Counted from the first letter of the stretch, positions 21,364 to 37,934 are shown. The stretch: DNA of 64,000 bases from an uncultured Planctomycetaceae bacterium (GCA_963813715.1 CAWFAK010000007.1:32001-96000); one strand, 5' to 3'. A program made the numbers and translations. The notes: a model not told the origin generated them from the sequence alone.

Positions 21364-22945
21364 ATGCTGCCGCTCAGCCTGTTTGGTCGACTGAAGCCCT
21401 GTTTTCGCCGGGGATCCGTCGGTCGTTCGACTGTTGCTGGAACGGCCGCCGTCGTCCTGTGCGGCTTGTTCGCGTCTGCGGCGCGGGCCGATGATCCGTC
21501 GGGAATCGGCGGCGGCCGCTTCGCTCGAGCACACGCTGATCGACGTGATTCGTCGCGTCGAGCCGTCGGTCGTCAGCATCGCCCGCGTCCGTCCGAACTC
21601 CGGCGTCGGCCGCTTCAACGCCTTCGATATCGATCCGGAAAATCGCCAGGAAATCGATCGGCCGGAGAATCCCGACTTCGTCCCGAACGAATTCGGCGCC
21701 GGCGTGATCATCACGCCTCCCAGCGGCGGCGGCCAGCGTTACATCCTCACCAATTATCATGTCGTCCACGGCGGCCCGAGCGCCAAGGCCGGCGACAGCC
21801 AGATCTACGTCCGCTTTGCCGATCGCCGCGGTTACTATGCGCAAATTCTCGCCGGCGACCCGCGGAGCGATCTGGCCGTGCTGGCCATCGATTACAACGG
21901 CGCTGGGACTGAAGCCGGCGCGACCTCAAGCCGGTGACGCTCCGCTCCGAAACGTCGCCCCTCACCAAGGGGCAGCTCGTGATCGGCTTGGGCAATCCGT
22001 ACGCCATCGCCCGCGACGGATCGGCCACCGCCAGCTGGGGCATGATCAGCAACGTATCGCGGCGTCCCGCCCCCTCGCGGCAGCGCGAATTCGGCATGCC
22101 CCAGGCCGACAGCAGCATTCACCAGTTCGGCACCCTCTTGCAGGTCGACACGCGGATGGAGCTGGGGACGAGCGGCGGAGCCCTGGTCAATTTCCGCGGC
22201 GAGCTGATCGGGGTCACCACGTCGCTGGCCGCGCTCGAGGGTTACGAACGGTCGGTCGGCTTTGCCATTCCCATCGACGAATTCACTCGCCGCGTGATCG
22301 AAACGCTGTGCCACGGCTACGAGGTGGAGTACGGATTTCTCGGCCTCACGCTCAAAACCATGCTGCCCGAGCAGCTCCGCCGCCGCTACGGCGAACTTCA
22401 AGCAGGCCTCGGCTGTCGAAGTCAAGATGATCGTGCCCAACTCGCCCGCGGCCATCGCCCAGGTGCGGCAGGAAGACCTGATCCTCGATATCGAGGGGCA
22501 TCCCCTGCTCGACCAGTTCGACCTGATGCGCTACGTGGCCCTTTACGGTCCGGACACGACCGTGCGAATGCGGATCTGGCGGCCGGGCGAGGCCAGCGAG
22601 TTGACTCTCGCCGCCAAACTCGGAAAATGGCCCGTCTCGGAGGAGGACGCGATCATCGCGACGGCCCGGCGCTACCCGCCGTGGCGCGGGTTGATCGTCG
22701 ATTATCCGACGGGGCGCTACAAATATGTCGGCTGGCCGTTTCAGTTCCGCGATGCGGTCGTCGTCGCGTCGGTGGCGTCCCGCAGTCCGGCGCAGGCGGC
22801 CGGGCTGGCCGAGGGAGACTTCATTTACAGCGTGAACGGCGTCCCCGTTCGCACGCCGGGCGAGTTTCAGGAGGCCGTCCGCGGAGCCGACGGGCCGGTC
22901 ACCCTCGAACTGGGCGACCATCGCAAAGTGACTGTGCAGAGATAA
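21364..22945 (+). CDS. HtrA/DegP-like trypsin serine protease with PDZ domains (frameshifted)
   Basis: Triad ILTNYHVV, SDLAVL and GTSGGALVN; PDZ-like segments NSPAAIAQVRQEDLI and SPAQAAGLAEGDFI. Confidence 0.85.
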
Positions 22946-23090
22946 AGACTGTGCAGAAATGACGGTCCGGAAGTGACCGCTTCCCCGCCAAATCACGACC
23001 GAAGCACGAACAGAACACGGCCCAAGCACGCCGAGCGACTCACCGGCGATCCATCGGACGGACCGACCGACACCAGTCAGAGGAAGGCTG

Positions 23091-25722
<2,632 letters not shown>

Positions 25723-25750
25723 ATGACGTCTGCGACAGCCGGAGGGGGGA

Positions 25751-25904
25751 TTTTCACCACAAAGACACGAAGGAATTTTTGAACAGGAGGTAACGGAGGA
25801 AACAGAGAAAATCAAAAGGTGCGATCCTCGTCTTCTCTGTTTCCTCCGTTACCTCCTGTTCAACGTATTGTTTTTCTTGTTGTCTTTGTGCCTCGGAGTG
25901 GAAA
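25751..25904. repeat. Nested inverted repeats (perfect 31-bp inner IR inside an imperfect outer IR)
   Basis: TTGAACAGGAGGTAACGGAGGAAACAGAGAA (25779-25809) has its exact reverse complement at 25833-25863. Outer arms are TTTTCACCACAAAGACACGAAG and CTTTGTGCCTCGGAGTGGAAAA. Confidence 0.85.
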
Positions 25905-25925
25905 ACACCCGCTTGTTGCGCCCGC

Positions 25926-26955
25926 CTATGTCAGCCCGCGGCGGCGGAGCTCGGCGACCACCGTCTGCACGATGACATTCACTTGTCGCGGGGTCGAAGC
26001 CGTTCGGGCCGCTGCCGGCGGGGCAGCCGCCGACTGGTTCGTTCGTGAAGCCGTGCTCGGCCAGTAGGCACTGCAGCGTTTTGCTCAACGTCGTCAGGTC
26101 GGTTTGCTGCTCGGGCGAGAGGGGCTGACGGCCGGTGCCCATCTGGAAGCCGCGGAGCTCGACGGCCGCGCGGAAGCCTTCGGGGAACTCGGCCGAATAG
26201 ATCATCGTGTCGAAGAGCGTGATCAGGTCGTATTGAATCTTGCGGGCCGCATCGAGCTGGCCGGCGAGCGTGAGGTCGTAGAGCCGCCGCGTCAGTTCGG
26301 GGACGACGCCGGAGCTGGCATTCGTACCGCCGTCGCAGCCGACCAAGAGCATCGGCATCAGCGCCGCGTCCCAGCCGGTGAGGAACGCGAAGTCGGGCCG
26401 GTTCGGCCGCACGGACTTGATCATGCGGATCATGTGCGGGATGTCGCCGGACGAATCCTTGATCGCGACGATCCGTTCGCACTCGTCGGCCAGCCGCTGC
26501 ACGGTGTCGACGTCGATCGGGCTGGCGAACATCGGGATGTTGTAGAGCGTCACGTCGACCGGCGTGTTGCGGCCGATCTCCTTGAAGTACGCGTAAACGG
26601 CAGCCGGGCTCAGCTTGTAATAAAACGGCGCGACGATCGCGACGGCCCGCACGCCCAGCCGCGCGTAGTGCTCGCACGCCGCCAGCGTTTCCTTGACGTT
26701 CGCTTCGGCGGCGCCGGCCAGAATCGGCACGCGGCCCCGCGCCTGATCGACGATGATCTCGGTGATTCGCCGCCGCTCGTCGGCCCGGAAGCGGGTGAAT
26801 TCGCCCGTCGAGCCGTTGGGATAAAGGCCGTGGACGCCGCGATCGATCAGCCAGTCGATGTAACGCCGCAGTTCCGTTTCCTGAATTTCGCCGGCGTCAT
26901 CGAGGGGGACGAGGTTCGGCGTAAAAATCCCCCGCAGCCGTTCAGATTGTGCCAT
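25926..26955 (-). CDS. DapA/NAL-family class I aldolase (C-terminal frameshift corrected)
   Basis: [23 protein letters not shown] and the Schiff-base Lys in AIKDSSG. The shifted frame ends [19 protein letters not shown] at 25926. Confidence 0.9.
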
Positions 26956-27175
26956 CGCGGACCGTCTCTCCCCGAGTTCGTGCGTCAAAAGCGTGTGTCG
27001 TATTATACAACCCAAACACCCCGCCCTGCCCGGCGGCGGCGGTCAAGCGAGGTCGGCGGGGAACGGCCGCCCGCAGTTCCTGAGAGAATTGAGCGTTGCA
27101 CCAACGGGCGGCTGTCGCGCGCGATCGGCAGATTGAGCACATTCGGAGCGACGAGATCGCGGGGGGCCGGGCGAC

Positions 27176-29318
27176 TCAGGCCTTCGCAGCGCCGGCGGCG
27201 GCCGGCTGACGTGCGTCGGCCGGACGACCCGGGGCCTTGCCGTCGGCCGGCTCGCCGGCGTCCGCCTTCTTCTCGGTGGGCGGCAGGCGCGGCAGCGGTC
27301 GCAGCGGTTCCTTCCGTCACGACTGGGCGGCCGCCGAACTGCAGCAGCAGGATCAGCACGAGCGTCGCCACGGGCAAGAGAGCGACGGGCGAATAGCCGT
27401 AAGCGACGGGAGCATAACCGAACAGCACGACTACGCCGCCCACGCAGAGCGCGTAAGGCAACTGCGTGAAGACGTGGTCCAGGTGGCTGCAGGAGGACGA
27501 CGCCGAGGCGAAGATCGTCGTGTCGGAAATCGGCGAGCAGTGGCGGCCGAAAACGGTGCCGCCGATCACCGCGCCGATCGTCGCCAGGAAGAGCGGGTGC
27601 GTCGCGTCGGGCTCGTTGAGATCGACCAGGAGCGCGTGCGTCACGGAAAGATACGTCGGGAAGCGCCATCGCCAGCGCTGCCCAGGTGCTGCCGAGCACG
27701 GCCGTCATCAAGCCGACGGTGACGAACGCCACCAGCGGCAGCCACTCGAGCGTCACCCGCGGCTGGCCGATCTCCGCGAGGAAGCCGGCCGTGTTCAAGT
27801 GATCGGCGTCGCACACGCGTTGAAACGACCACGAGAGAACTAGAATCAGCGCGGCCGGCACCATCCGCTGCAAGCCCGAGACCCACGCGCTCAATCCCTG
27901 TTGCAAACTCAGCGAGCGCGACCAAACGGCCAGTGCCACGGCGGCGACCGACGCGATGAACGCGGAAAAGAGCATCACCCGCGACGGGTTCGCGTGTTCG
28001 AGCGCGTCGAGCAGCCCGGGCTCGCCGGCCTGGTCGCCAACGAGGGTCAAGAGTTCGCTTCGCCCCGTCCACCACAGGCCGACGGCCGCCAGAGCGAACA
28101 ACAGGGCCAGCGGGATGACGGCATTGCGGGCGCAGCTTGATGCCGCTGGGCGGATCAGGCTCGACGGGCGGCAGCACGGCCGGGTCCGAGAGGTCGGGCC
28201 GGCTGAGGTGGCCCTGCGTTGCCGCCCGCCCTTCCGCGCGGAGCATCGGTCCGAAGTCGTGCCCCAAAAAGATGACGAGGGCCGCGAAGGTCAGCATCAA
28301 AATCGGGTAGAAGCAGTAGGGCAGGCTGGCCAATAGCGTCGCCGTCGGGCTGCCGGCAATTCCCAAGTCCTCGAAGACCACGCGGAGCGTGCCGCGCTCG
28401 GCCGCGATCCACGTGGAGACGACGGCCAATGCCGCGACCGGCGCGGCCGTCGTGTCGACGAGGAACGCGAACTTCTCCCGCGAGATCTTGAGGCGATCGG
28501 AGAGGGGCCGCAGCGTTTTGCCGACAATCAGCGCGTGGGCGTAGTCGTCGAGGAACATGAAGATGCCGAACAGCAGCATCGCCAGCTGGCCCCGCTCGCG
28601 GGTGTTTGCGCGGAGTGCCAGGCGGTCAGTCAGTGCCGAGAGCCCGCCGCCGGCCGTCAGCACCGCGAACAGCGAGCCAAAAAAGAGCATCACCGCCAGG
28701 ATCGACAGGTGCGCCCCGCCGAGTGTGCCCGGCTGTTCGCCGTCGAAACTGACGAACGAGTCGATCGTCTGCACGAAGGCGTGGAACAGGTTGCCGCCGT
28801 CCAGAATGGCCAGCCCGCTCCAGATGGCCACGAACATCGCCAGCACGAAATTCCGCGGCCAGAGGCAAAGCACCAACGCGACCGCGGCCGGCACCAGCGC
28901 CAGCCAGCGAAACGTACGCGGCACCGAGACGCTGGCCGACTTGCGGTCGCCACCGTCGACGACGATCTCCGGCGCCGAGATATAAATCTTGCGGCCTTCG
29001 TGCTGGTCGGTCGTCAGCTCGAGCACGCCGTTGTGAAACGGTCCGAGCTTGGCGTCGTCACTTTGCGGCAGCGCCAGGCGGATCCCCGAGATCAGCGGCT
29101 GCTCGTTGTACGACAGGTCCGGCTTGCCGGCCGCGTCGTAGGCTCGGATCACGATCCGCCGCACGGGCACGTCGGTGAGCACGATCGGCGGAACTTCGAT
29201 CGAGAACCGCGGATGCTCGACGAGTTTTTCTTCCGCTGGCGCGGTCGCCGCTCATGGCGCTGCCGGGTGCGGCTAGCAGCACCGCCAGCAGGAACGCGAT
29301 CGCACGTCCGTTGAGCAT
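27176..29318 (-). CDS. NhaC-family Na+/H+ antiporter / amino-acid transporter with N-terminal soluble domain (frameshifted)
   Basis: FLDDYA, DRLKISREKFAFLVDTTAAP and GTVFGRHCSPISDTTIFAS...HLDHVFTQLPYA. Confidence 0.85.
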
Positions 29319-29324
29319 CGGCAA

Positions 29325-30223
29325 CTATCCGTTCGCACAATCGGTGGCGGAGCCGGGCCGGCGTTCGCTCGCGTCATTTGCCGCCGGCATCACTACATCC
29401 GGCGTCACTTCACTCGGCACCAGCGGCGCGGGCCAATAGACGTCAAAGGTCGAGCCGGACCCCGCCGTCGTCGCGACGTCGATCCAGCCGCCATGACCGG
29501 TGACGATCCGCCAACACTTGCACAGTCCGAATCCCAGCCCCCGCCCGGCCGCGCGGCCTGAATAAAACGGATCGAAGAGATGCGCCCGGTCCAGTTCTGA
29601 AAGTCCGCTGCCGTTGTCGGCCACGCTCGTCACGGCGTAGGGCTGGCCGTCGACGTTGGCTGCGGCGACGCTGACCTGAATCGTGCCGGCCGCGGGTCCG
29701 ACCGACATCGAGGGCATTTCGCACGAGCTCGCTCACCACGATCGCTAACTGCGTCGGATCGATGCTGGCAAAGACCGCCGACTCGGCGCGGAACGTCAGG
29801 CGACAGGCCCGCTCGCGGGCCGCGTCCTGAAAGCGGTCGACGACCGCGGAGACGGCGTCGTTAACGAGCAGCCGCTCGGGGACCGGCGCCGGCGGCCGTG
29901 CGAAGACCATCAGGTCGCCGATCATGTCGCGGATGCGAAATGCCTGCGCGGCGATCGTCGCCAGGCTCTGCCGCCGACCGGGATCGGTCTCGTGCTTGAG
30001 CAGCGCCTGCGCGCGGCCGACGATCGTCGCCAGCGGATTGTTGATTTCGTGCCCGGCGCCTGCCGCAAACTCGGCGAGCGCCGCCAGCTTGGCATCCTCG
30101 AGAGCGCGCGCCGAAGTGGCCTCACCCGGCCCGATCGCGAAGGGAATGGGACGCGGGTTGGCAACCGAGCCGCGGGTCTGCCGAAAGGGCGACGACCGCC
30201 GCAGTGGGCGCTGCTGCCTCCAC
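29325..30223 (-). CDS. Histidine kinase (HisKA + HATPase) with no evident sensor domain; start uncertain, frameshifted
   Basis: LAEFAAGAGHEINNPLATI, ELVRNA, VADNGSG and FDPFYSGRAAGRGLGFGL. Confidence 0.85.
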
Positions 30224-30261
30224 GAGGGGCCTCCTTGCCTGCCCCGGACGCCTGTCTTACC

Positions 30262-30299
30262 CCCTCTCCCATTCCGATGGGAGAGGGCCGGGGTGAGGG
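30262..30299. repeat. Palindromic REP-like repeat (CCCTCACCC..CCCTCTCCC..GGGAGAGGG family), copy A
   Basis: CCCTCTCCCATTCCGATGGGAGAGGGCCGGGGTGAGGG; inverted relative to copies B and C. Confidence 0.85.
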
Positions 30300-30321
30300 C
30301 TCTTTTCGCGCCCTCACTCAG

Positions 30322-30676
30322 CTACTCGGCAATGCCGCAAACCCGCAGCACCGCTACGACGATGGCGTCCAAGTCCTTGATCACATCGTCGTTGCCAAAG
30401 CGGAGGACTCGATAGCCGGCGTTCTCGATGTGCTGTTGACGCTCGCGATCGTAATCCGCGCCGCCCGATATGGCTGTCGCCGTCGAGCTCGATCACCAAC
30501 TGATGGTCCAAACAGACGAAGTCGACAATGTACGGCCCGATCGCGTGCTGCCGCCGCACCTTGAGTTTTGCGGTGCGGCGCGACCTCAACGCCGACCAGA
30601 GCCGCCGCTCAGGAATCGTGAGGTCTCGTCGCAGCCGGCGGCACGTCTCGGTTTGTTGCGGACGCCGCTGTGACAC
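30322..30676 (-). CDS. DUF559 / Vsr-like PD-(D/E)xK endonuclease-domain protein (one frameshift)
   Basis: TIPERRLWSALR, RRQHAIGPYIVDFVC and LVIELDGDSH, then DRERQQHIENAGYRVLRFGNDDV. Confidence 0.88.
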
Positions 30677-30684
30677 GGGAACAC

Positions 30685-30723
30685 CCCTCACCCTGCCCTC
30701 TCCCCATCGGAATGGGGCGAGGG
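30685..30723. repeat. REP-like repeat, copy B
   Basis: CCCTCACCCTGCCCTCTCCCCATCGGAATGGGGCGAGGG. Confidence 0.85.
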
Positions 30724-30793
30724 TGTGCAGTGACGCCCGCTTTCAACACGCCGACGCGAGCTTTCGAATCCCCACGTCAGTCAGGTCAAGAAA

Positions 30794-31378
30794 CTAACGG
30801 GCCGTCTGGGCCGGTTCCATGTCGAGCAAGTGGCACATCCGTTCGACGAGTTTTTCCACCTCGAACGGCTTCTGCAGAAAGTCGTTGGCTCCCGACGCCC
30901 GCAGTTCGGTGATCTTGTCCGGCTCGACCATGCCGCTGATGCAAATGATTTTGACGTCGTCCAAAGCCGAGTCGCTGCGGACCCGCTGGCAGACTTCTTT
31001 GCCGTTGATATCGGGGAGCATCACGTCCAGGACGATGACGTCCGGATGGTACTCCTTGACCATCATGCCGGCGTCGAACCCGTTGTTGGCCACGCGAACC
31101 TCGAAGCGGCCGTCCGATTCGAGCACGTCGCGGATCAACTCCACCAGTTCCTCGTCGTCGTCGACGATCAGGCCCTTGCGCTTGCCACTTTCCAGGGCGT
31201 CGGTCGGGATGCTGTTTTCCTTCATGAACTTATAGAGAACATCCCGAGGGATACGGCGAAATCGTGAGCCAGGGACGCGGAAGCCTTTGAGCTGTCCGGA
31301 GTCGAAACAGCGAATGATCGTCTGCTGGCTAACCTTGCAGATCTTCGCTGCTTCGCCCGTCGTAAAGACCGTTTTCAT
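30794..31378 (-). CDS. Response regulator with N-terminal excisionase-like HTH
   Basis: MKTVFTTGEAAKICKVSQQTIIRCFDSG; receiver motifs IVDDD, VLDVMLPDING and FLQKPF. Confidence 0.92.
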   Translation of the reverse strand: MKTVFTTGEAAKICKVSQQTIIRCFDSGQLKGFRVPGSRFRRIPRDVLYKFMKENSIPTDALESGKRKGLIVDDDEELVELIRDVLESDGRFEVRVANNGFDAGMMVKEYHPDVIVLDVMLPDINGKEVCQRVRSDSALDDVKIICISGMVEPDKITELRASGANDFLQKPFEVEKLVERMCHLLDMEPAQTAR

Positions 31379-31815
31379 AACGCTCGTCCCATTCCTTCGA
31401 TTCTGAGCAGTGTGTCGTGAACGGAGACCCGCCGCGGGTCTCGGAAATCCCTCGACAAGAGGGGCTCCTCCCTGGTGGCGCAAGCTCATCCGCGCCGCGC
31501 CACTCCTTTGATCGCTCACATCCTTCCGGAAAATCGGCCCTCACGAGAGTTAGATTGGGAAGCAGACTCCTCCAGTGAACTTGAACCGACCGGGGGGGCC
31601 GGCTGCTCCGCTCGCCCAGAACTGGACTGAGCACGAGCAACTCCGTTCACACGCTTGCTTAATTGATATTCTTTAGCGCGTCAAGACAACTTGCCAGCCT
31701 TATCAGAGACCCCGTTGATGGCCAATCTGTGAAGTCGTTGCGGTAAGTTGGGATCACGACCGATCTTGGGATGTCTCACAGTATATCAAGGTCCGAGCAT
31801 GTGTGGCGCCAAGGT

Positions 31816-33657
31816 TCACTCGGCACGTAGTGAAACCAAGCGATCCGGCTCCTTTAGGTAGAGGGCCAGGACCGCCAAATCGGCCGGCGTGATGCCGCTG
31901 ATCCTACCCGCTTGACCCAGGTTTCCGGGTCTCACTCGGGTGAACTTTTCCTTGGCCTCCGCCCGCAGTTGGGGCAAGGCCACGTAGTCGAACGTGGGAG
32001 GAATCCGCAGCGATTGGACCTTGGCCTGCCGCTCGATGTCCTGCCCCTGCCGCCGGATGTAGCCCCAGTACTTGGTCTCGATCACGATCTGCTCGATGGC
32101 CCTCGGCGACAGGCCTAGCTCGCCCGCCTCGGGAGCCAGAGACACCAGGTCGCCCCAGGTCGTTTCGGGCCGGCGAAGGTGCTCCTCGAGCGACTGCCCC
32201 TGCCGCCGCGTGGTCTGGATAAACTGCACGCCGCGGGCAAACTCCGACTCATACGCGGTGAATTCGCGGTTTCGGCGCGCGTCGACAAGGCCCAGGCGGA
32301 TGCCCAGGGGGGTCAGCCGGCGATCGGCGTTGTCGTGCCGCAGCAGCAGCCGGTACTCGGCCCGCGAGGTAAACATTCGGTAAGGTTCGTCAACCCCCTT
32401 GGTTACCAGGTCATCCACGAGCACGCCCAGGTAAGCCTGGCTGCGGTCGAGCACGAAGGGCGGATGGCTCGCCACACAGAGGGCCGCGTTGACGCCGGCC
32501 ACCAGCCCCTGCCCCGCCGCCTCCTCATATCCCGTGGTGCCGTTGATCTGCCCGGCGAAGAACAGCCCGGCCACGAGCTTCGTTTCCAGTGTCGGCCCGA
32601 GCTGGACGGGCGGCGCGTAGTCGTATTCGACGGCGTAGCCGTAGCGGATGATCTCGGCCCGCTCGAGCCCGGCGATCGCATGGATCAATTCGTCCTGCAC
32701 GTCGCGGGGCAAGCTCGTCGAGATGCCGTTGCAGTAAACCTCCCGCGTATTGCGGCCTTCCGGTTCGAGGAAGATCTGGTGCGACGCTTTGTCGGCAAAG
32801 CGGACGACCTTGTCCTCGATCGACGGGCAATAGCGGGGACCGGTTGAGTGGATTTGACCGCTATACATGGGCGCCCGGTGCAAATTGGCCCGGATCAAGT
32901 CGTGCACCGCGGCATTCGTCTGCGTGAGATAACAGGGAATCTGCGGCTGGGCGATCCGCTCGGTGAGAAAGGAAAAAGGCTGCGGAACCTCGTCGCCCGG
33001 CTGAATTTGCAGCGAGGCAAAGTCGATCGTCCGGCCGTTCAGCCGGCAGGGCGTTCCCGTTTTGAATCGCCGCAGCTCGAAACCAAGTTGGGTGAGGCTC
33101 TGCGACAGGGCGTTGGTCGTTCCCTCCCCGGCCCGTCCGCCGGCGGTTTTGGCTTCGCCCGTATGCATGAGCGCTTGCAGAAACGTGCCCGTCGTGATGA
33201 TGACGGCCCGCGCGCGATAGACGGCGTCGCCCCGGACTGCGCACGCCGGTGATCCGCCCCTCTTCCGTCACCAGCCCTTCGACCATCTCTTGCCGGACGC
33301 CGAGATTGGGCTGCTCCTCGACGCGGAGCTTCATGGCGAACTGGTAGGCTTTTTTGTCGGCCTGGGCGCGGGGGCTGTGCATCGCCGGCCCCTTGGTTCG
33401 GTTCAGCATGCGGAACTGGATGCCCGTTTCGTCGATCACGCGGCCCATCTCGCCGCCGAGCGCGTCGATCTCGCGGACGATCTGTCCCTTCGCCACGCCG
33501 CCGATGGCCGGGTTGCAGCTCATCTGGCCGATGGTGTCGAGGTTCATGGTTAAGAGCGCGGTCTTGCGCCGAGGCGCGCCGCCGCGAGCGCCGCTTCGCA
33601 GCCGGCATGACCGGCCCCGACGACGACGACATCGAAATCGTATTGCGACGCAACCAC
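31816..33657 (-). CDS. mnmG: tRNA uridine-5-carboxymethylaminomethyl modification enzyme MnmG/GidA (frameshifted)
   Basis: [53 protein letters not shown] and [12 protein letters not shown]. Confidence 0.97.
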
Positions 33658-33841
33658 TCGCCAGTTCCCGGATTGAGACAAATCTGAATGCCGGTCCCGC
33701 CCGCTCGTTGACCCGTCTATCTTAGTGGCAGCCGCCCCTGACTTGCATCCCGATGCCAATCCGCAATACTGCTGGTCGGCGAACCGATCACGACAGACGA
33801 TTTTTTGACAGTCTGATTTCTTTGATACGGGAAGAGAGACC

Positions 33842-34354
33842 ATGACCACCCGCACCGACGCAGTCAAACTCCGGGGCAACCCGGTCACCTTAGTTGGCAA
33901 CGAACTGAAGTCCGGACAGACCGCGCCCGATTTCAAGCTGCAGGACACCGGAATGCAGGAAGTGTCGCTGGCGACCAGCAGCGGCAAGACGCGGATCATC
34001 GCGACGATTCCCTCGCTCGACACGCCCGTCTGCGCGATGGAGACCAAGAAGTTCAACGAGCAGGCCGGCCAGCTGTCCAACGTCGAAGTGCTGGTCGTGA
34101 GCATGGACCTGCCGTTCGGCCAGAAGCGGTGGTGCGGAGCCGAGAATGTCGCGAGCGTGAAAACGCTGAGCGCCCACCGGGCCACGCAGTTCGGCGAAGA
34201 CTACGGCGTGCTGATTCAGGGCGGCCCGCTCGACCGCTGCCTGGCCCGCGCGATCTTCGTCGTCGACGGCCAGGGAAAGCTGAAGTACGTGGAGTACGTG
34301 AAGGACATCAGCGAACACCCGAACTACGACGCCGTGTTGGCTGCCGCCAAGTAG
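33842..34354 (+). CDS. tpx: Thiol peroxidase (atypical 2-Cys peroxiredoxin)
   Basis: PSLDTPVCAMETKKFN, SMDLPFGQKRWCGAE, LARAIFV and HPNYD. Confidence 0.95.
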   Translation: MTTRTDAVKLRGNPVTLVGNELKSGQTAPDFKLQDTGMQEVSLATSSGKTRIIATIPSLDTPVCAMETKKFNEQAGQLSNVEVLVVSMDLPFGQKRWCGAENVASVKTLSAHRATQFGEDYGVLIQGGPLDRCLARAIFVVDGQGKLKYVEYVKDISEHPNYDAVLAAAK

Positions 34355-34744
34355 AGGCGCCTTTCCGGGCCTGCGGTCGCGCGACTTGTTCGCCGCACGC
34401 TCGCACGCCTTCGGAGCGCCGCCAACTTCAAACTGGGCTCATTCGCTCGCGCGGATGAGCCTTTTTTCATGCGCCCCGGTTGCGCGGGCGGCGGCACGCT
34501 CGGCACATTCGACGCAAAGCGACCATGGGCGGCCGTTCCTGAGGCTTGTCCGTCACAATCGGAGCTTCACAATCGATTCTTAACCTGCGGTTTTTTTGAC
34601 GCGCGAACGGCTTGCCGTAGCCTTGAGCGTCCGCGGCAGGAGAATGCGCCCCGGGGCCGTTTTGAGGCCCCGGTGCCTCCCTCGATGCCGCGGAGCCAAG
34701 ACGGTCCGCCCCCTCGGCAGCTAGCCTCGAAGAAAACCGCAAAA

Positions 34745-37107
<2,363 letters not shown>

Positions 37108-37178
37108 CCGGCCCAAGCCTCTCGTTTGGCCCCGCAGGACCTGCATCTCTTTTGGCCCCGGTAGGGGCCGAAGCGGAT

Positions 37179-37934
37179 CTATTCGCTTCCGGCCGCGATC
37201 ACCTTCGCGAGATCCCGAAAAGTTCGCAGTTCGCCGAACTCGACGCTCGCGGGCTTATCCCACAGGGCCGAGACCCATATGAAGAGATAGGCAAAGAGTA
37301 AGAGGCTAATACCGACGCCCGTCATGAGAGGCGCGCCACCGATCATGCCGGTGATCATACCGATGCAGCCAGCCGCGCAGCACCACATTGCTGCAGTCGA
37401 CTGCGTTGAACGCTGAACGCAGACCGGTGGGAGCATGGCCGGCGCTAGCTTCGAGATCGGCCCCAGGAAAACGGAGGCATAGAGACGGGCGTATCGCGCA
37501 AGGGGCGAGGAGGGCGTGATCGCCTGCGTGTCCGCTCCCGCCTGATGTAAGAGCGACCGTATTGTCAGAAACGCCCCCGCCGATACCCCCTCGCAGCCAA
37601 GCACCGGGGCTGGTCGGACCCACGGCCTGCATGTGGACCGCGCGATCAGCTCGCACACGTCAGCCAGCGTCCGTTGCAGTTCGGGCTTCAGGACGCGCTT
37701 CCACTCGGACATGGGACAATCGATCTTCCACCCGGCATTAGTGGCCCGAGCAAGCCCTCGCCAATCCAACAGGTCGTCGGCGTCACGCCACGCGGCTACC
37801 GTGGTGCTGAACGACAACACGACCTCCGGATCGCCCTCGTGCATGGCGCAGATGTGCCGATGTTGGTCCTGAAAGACCGACAAAACATAGGCAGGAGTTG
37901 CCGGCTCTTCACGAGGCGGATAGTGGACCTCCAT
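37179..37934 (-). CDS. Hypothetical membrane protein
   Basis: 251-aa ORF with two C-terminal TMs, ending ELRTFRDLAKVIA; no family assigned. Confidence 0.65.
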   Translation of the reverse strand: MEVHYPPREEPATPAYVLSVFQDQHRHICAMHEGDPEVVLSFSTTVAAWRDADDLLDWRGLARATNAGWKIDCPMSEWKRVLKPELQRTLADVCELIARSTCRPWVRPAPVLGCEGVSAGAFLTIRSLLHQAGADTQAITPSSPLARYARLYASVFLGPISKLAPAMLPPVCVQRSTQSTAAMWCCAAGCIGMITGMIGGAPLMTGVGISLLLFAYLFIWVSALWDKPASVEFGELRTFRDLAKVIAAGSE

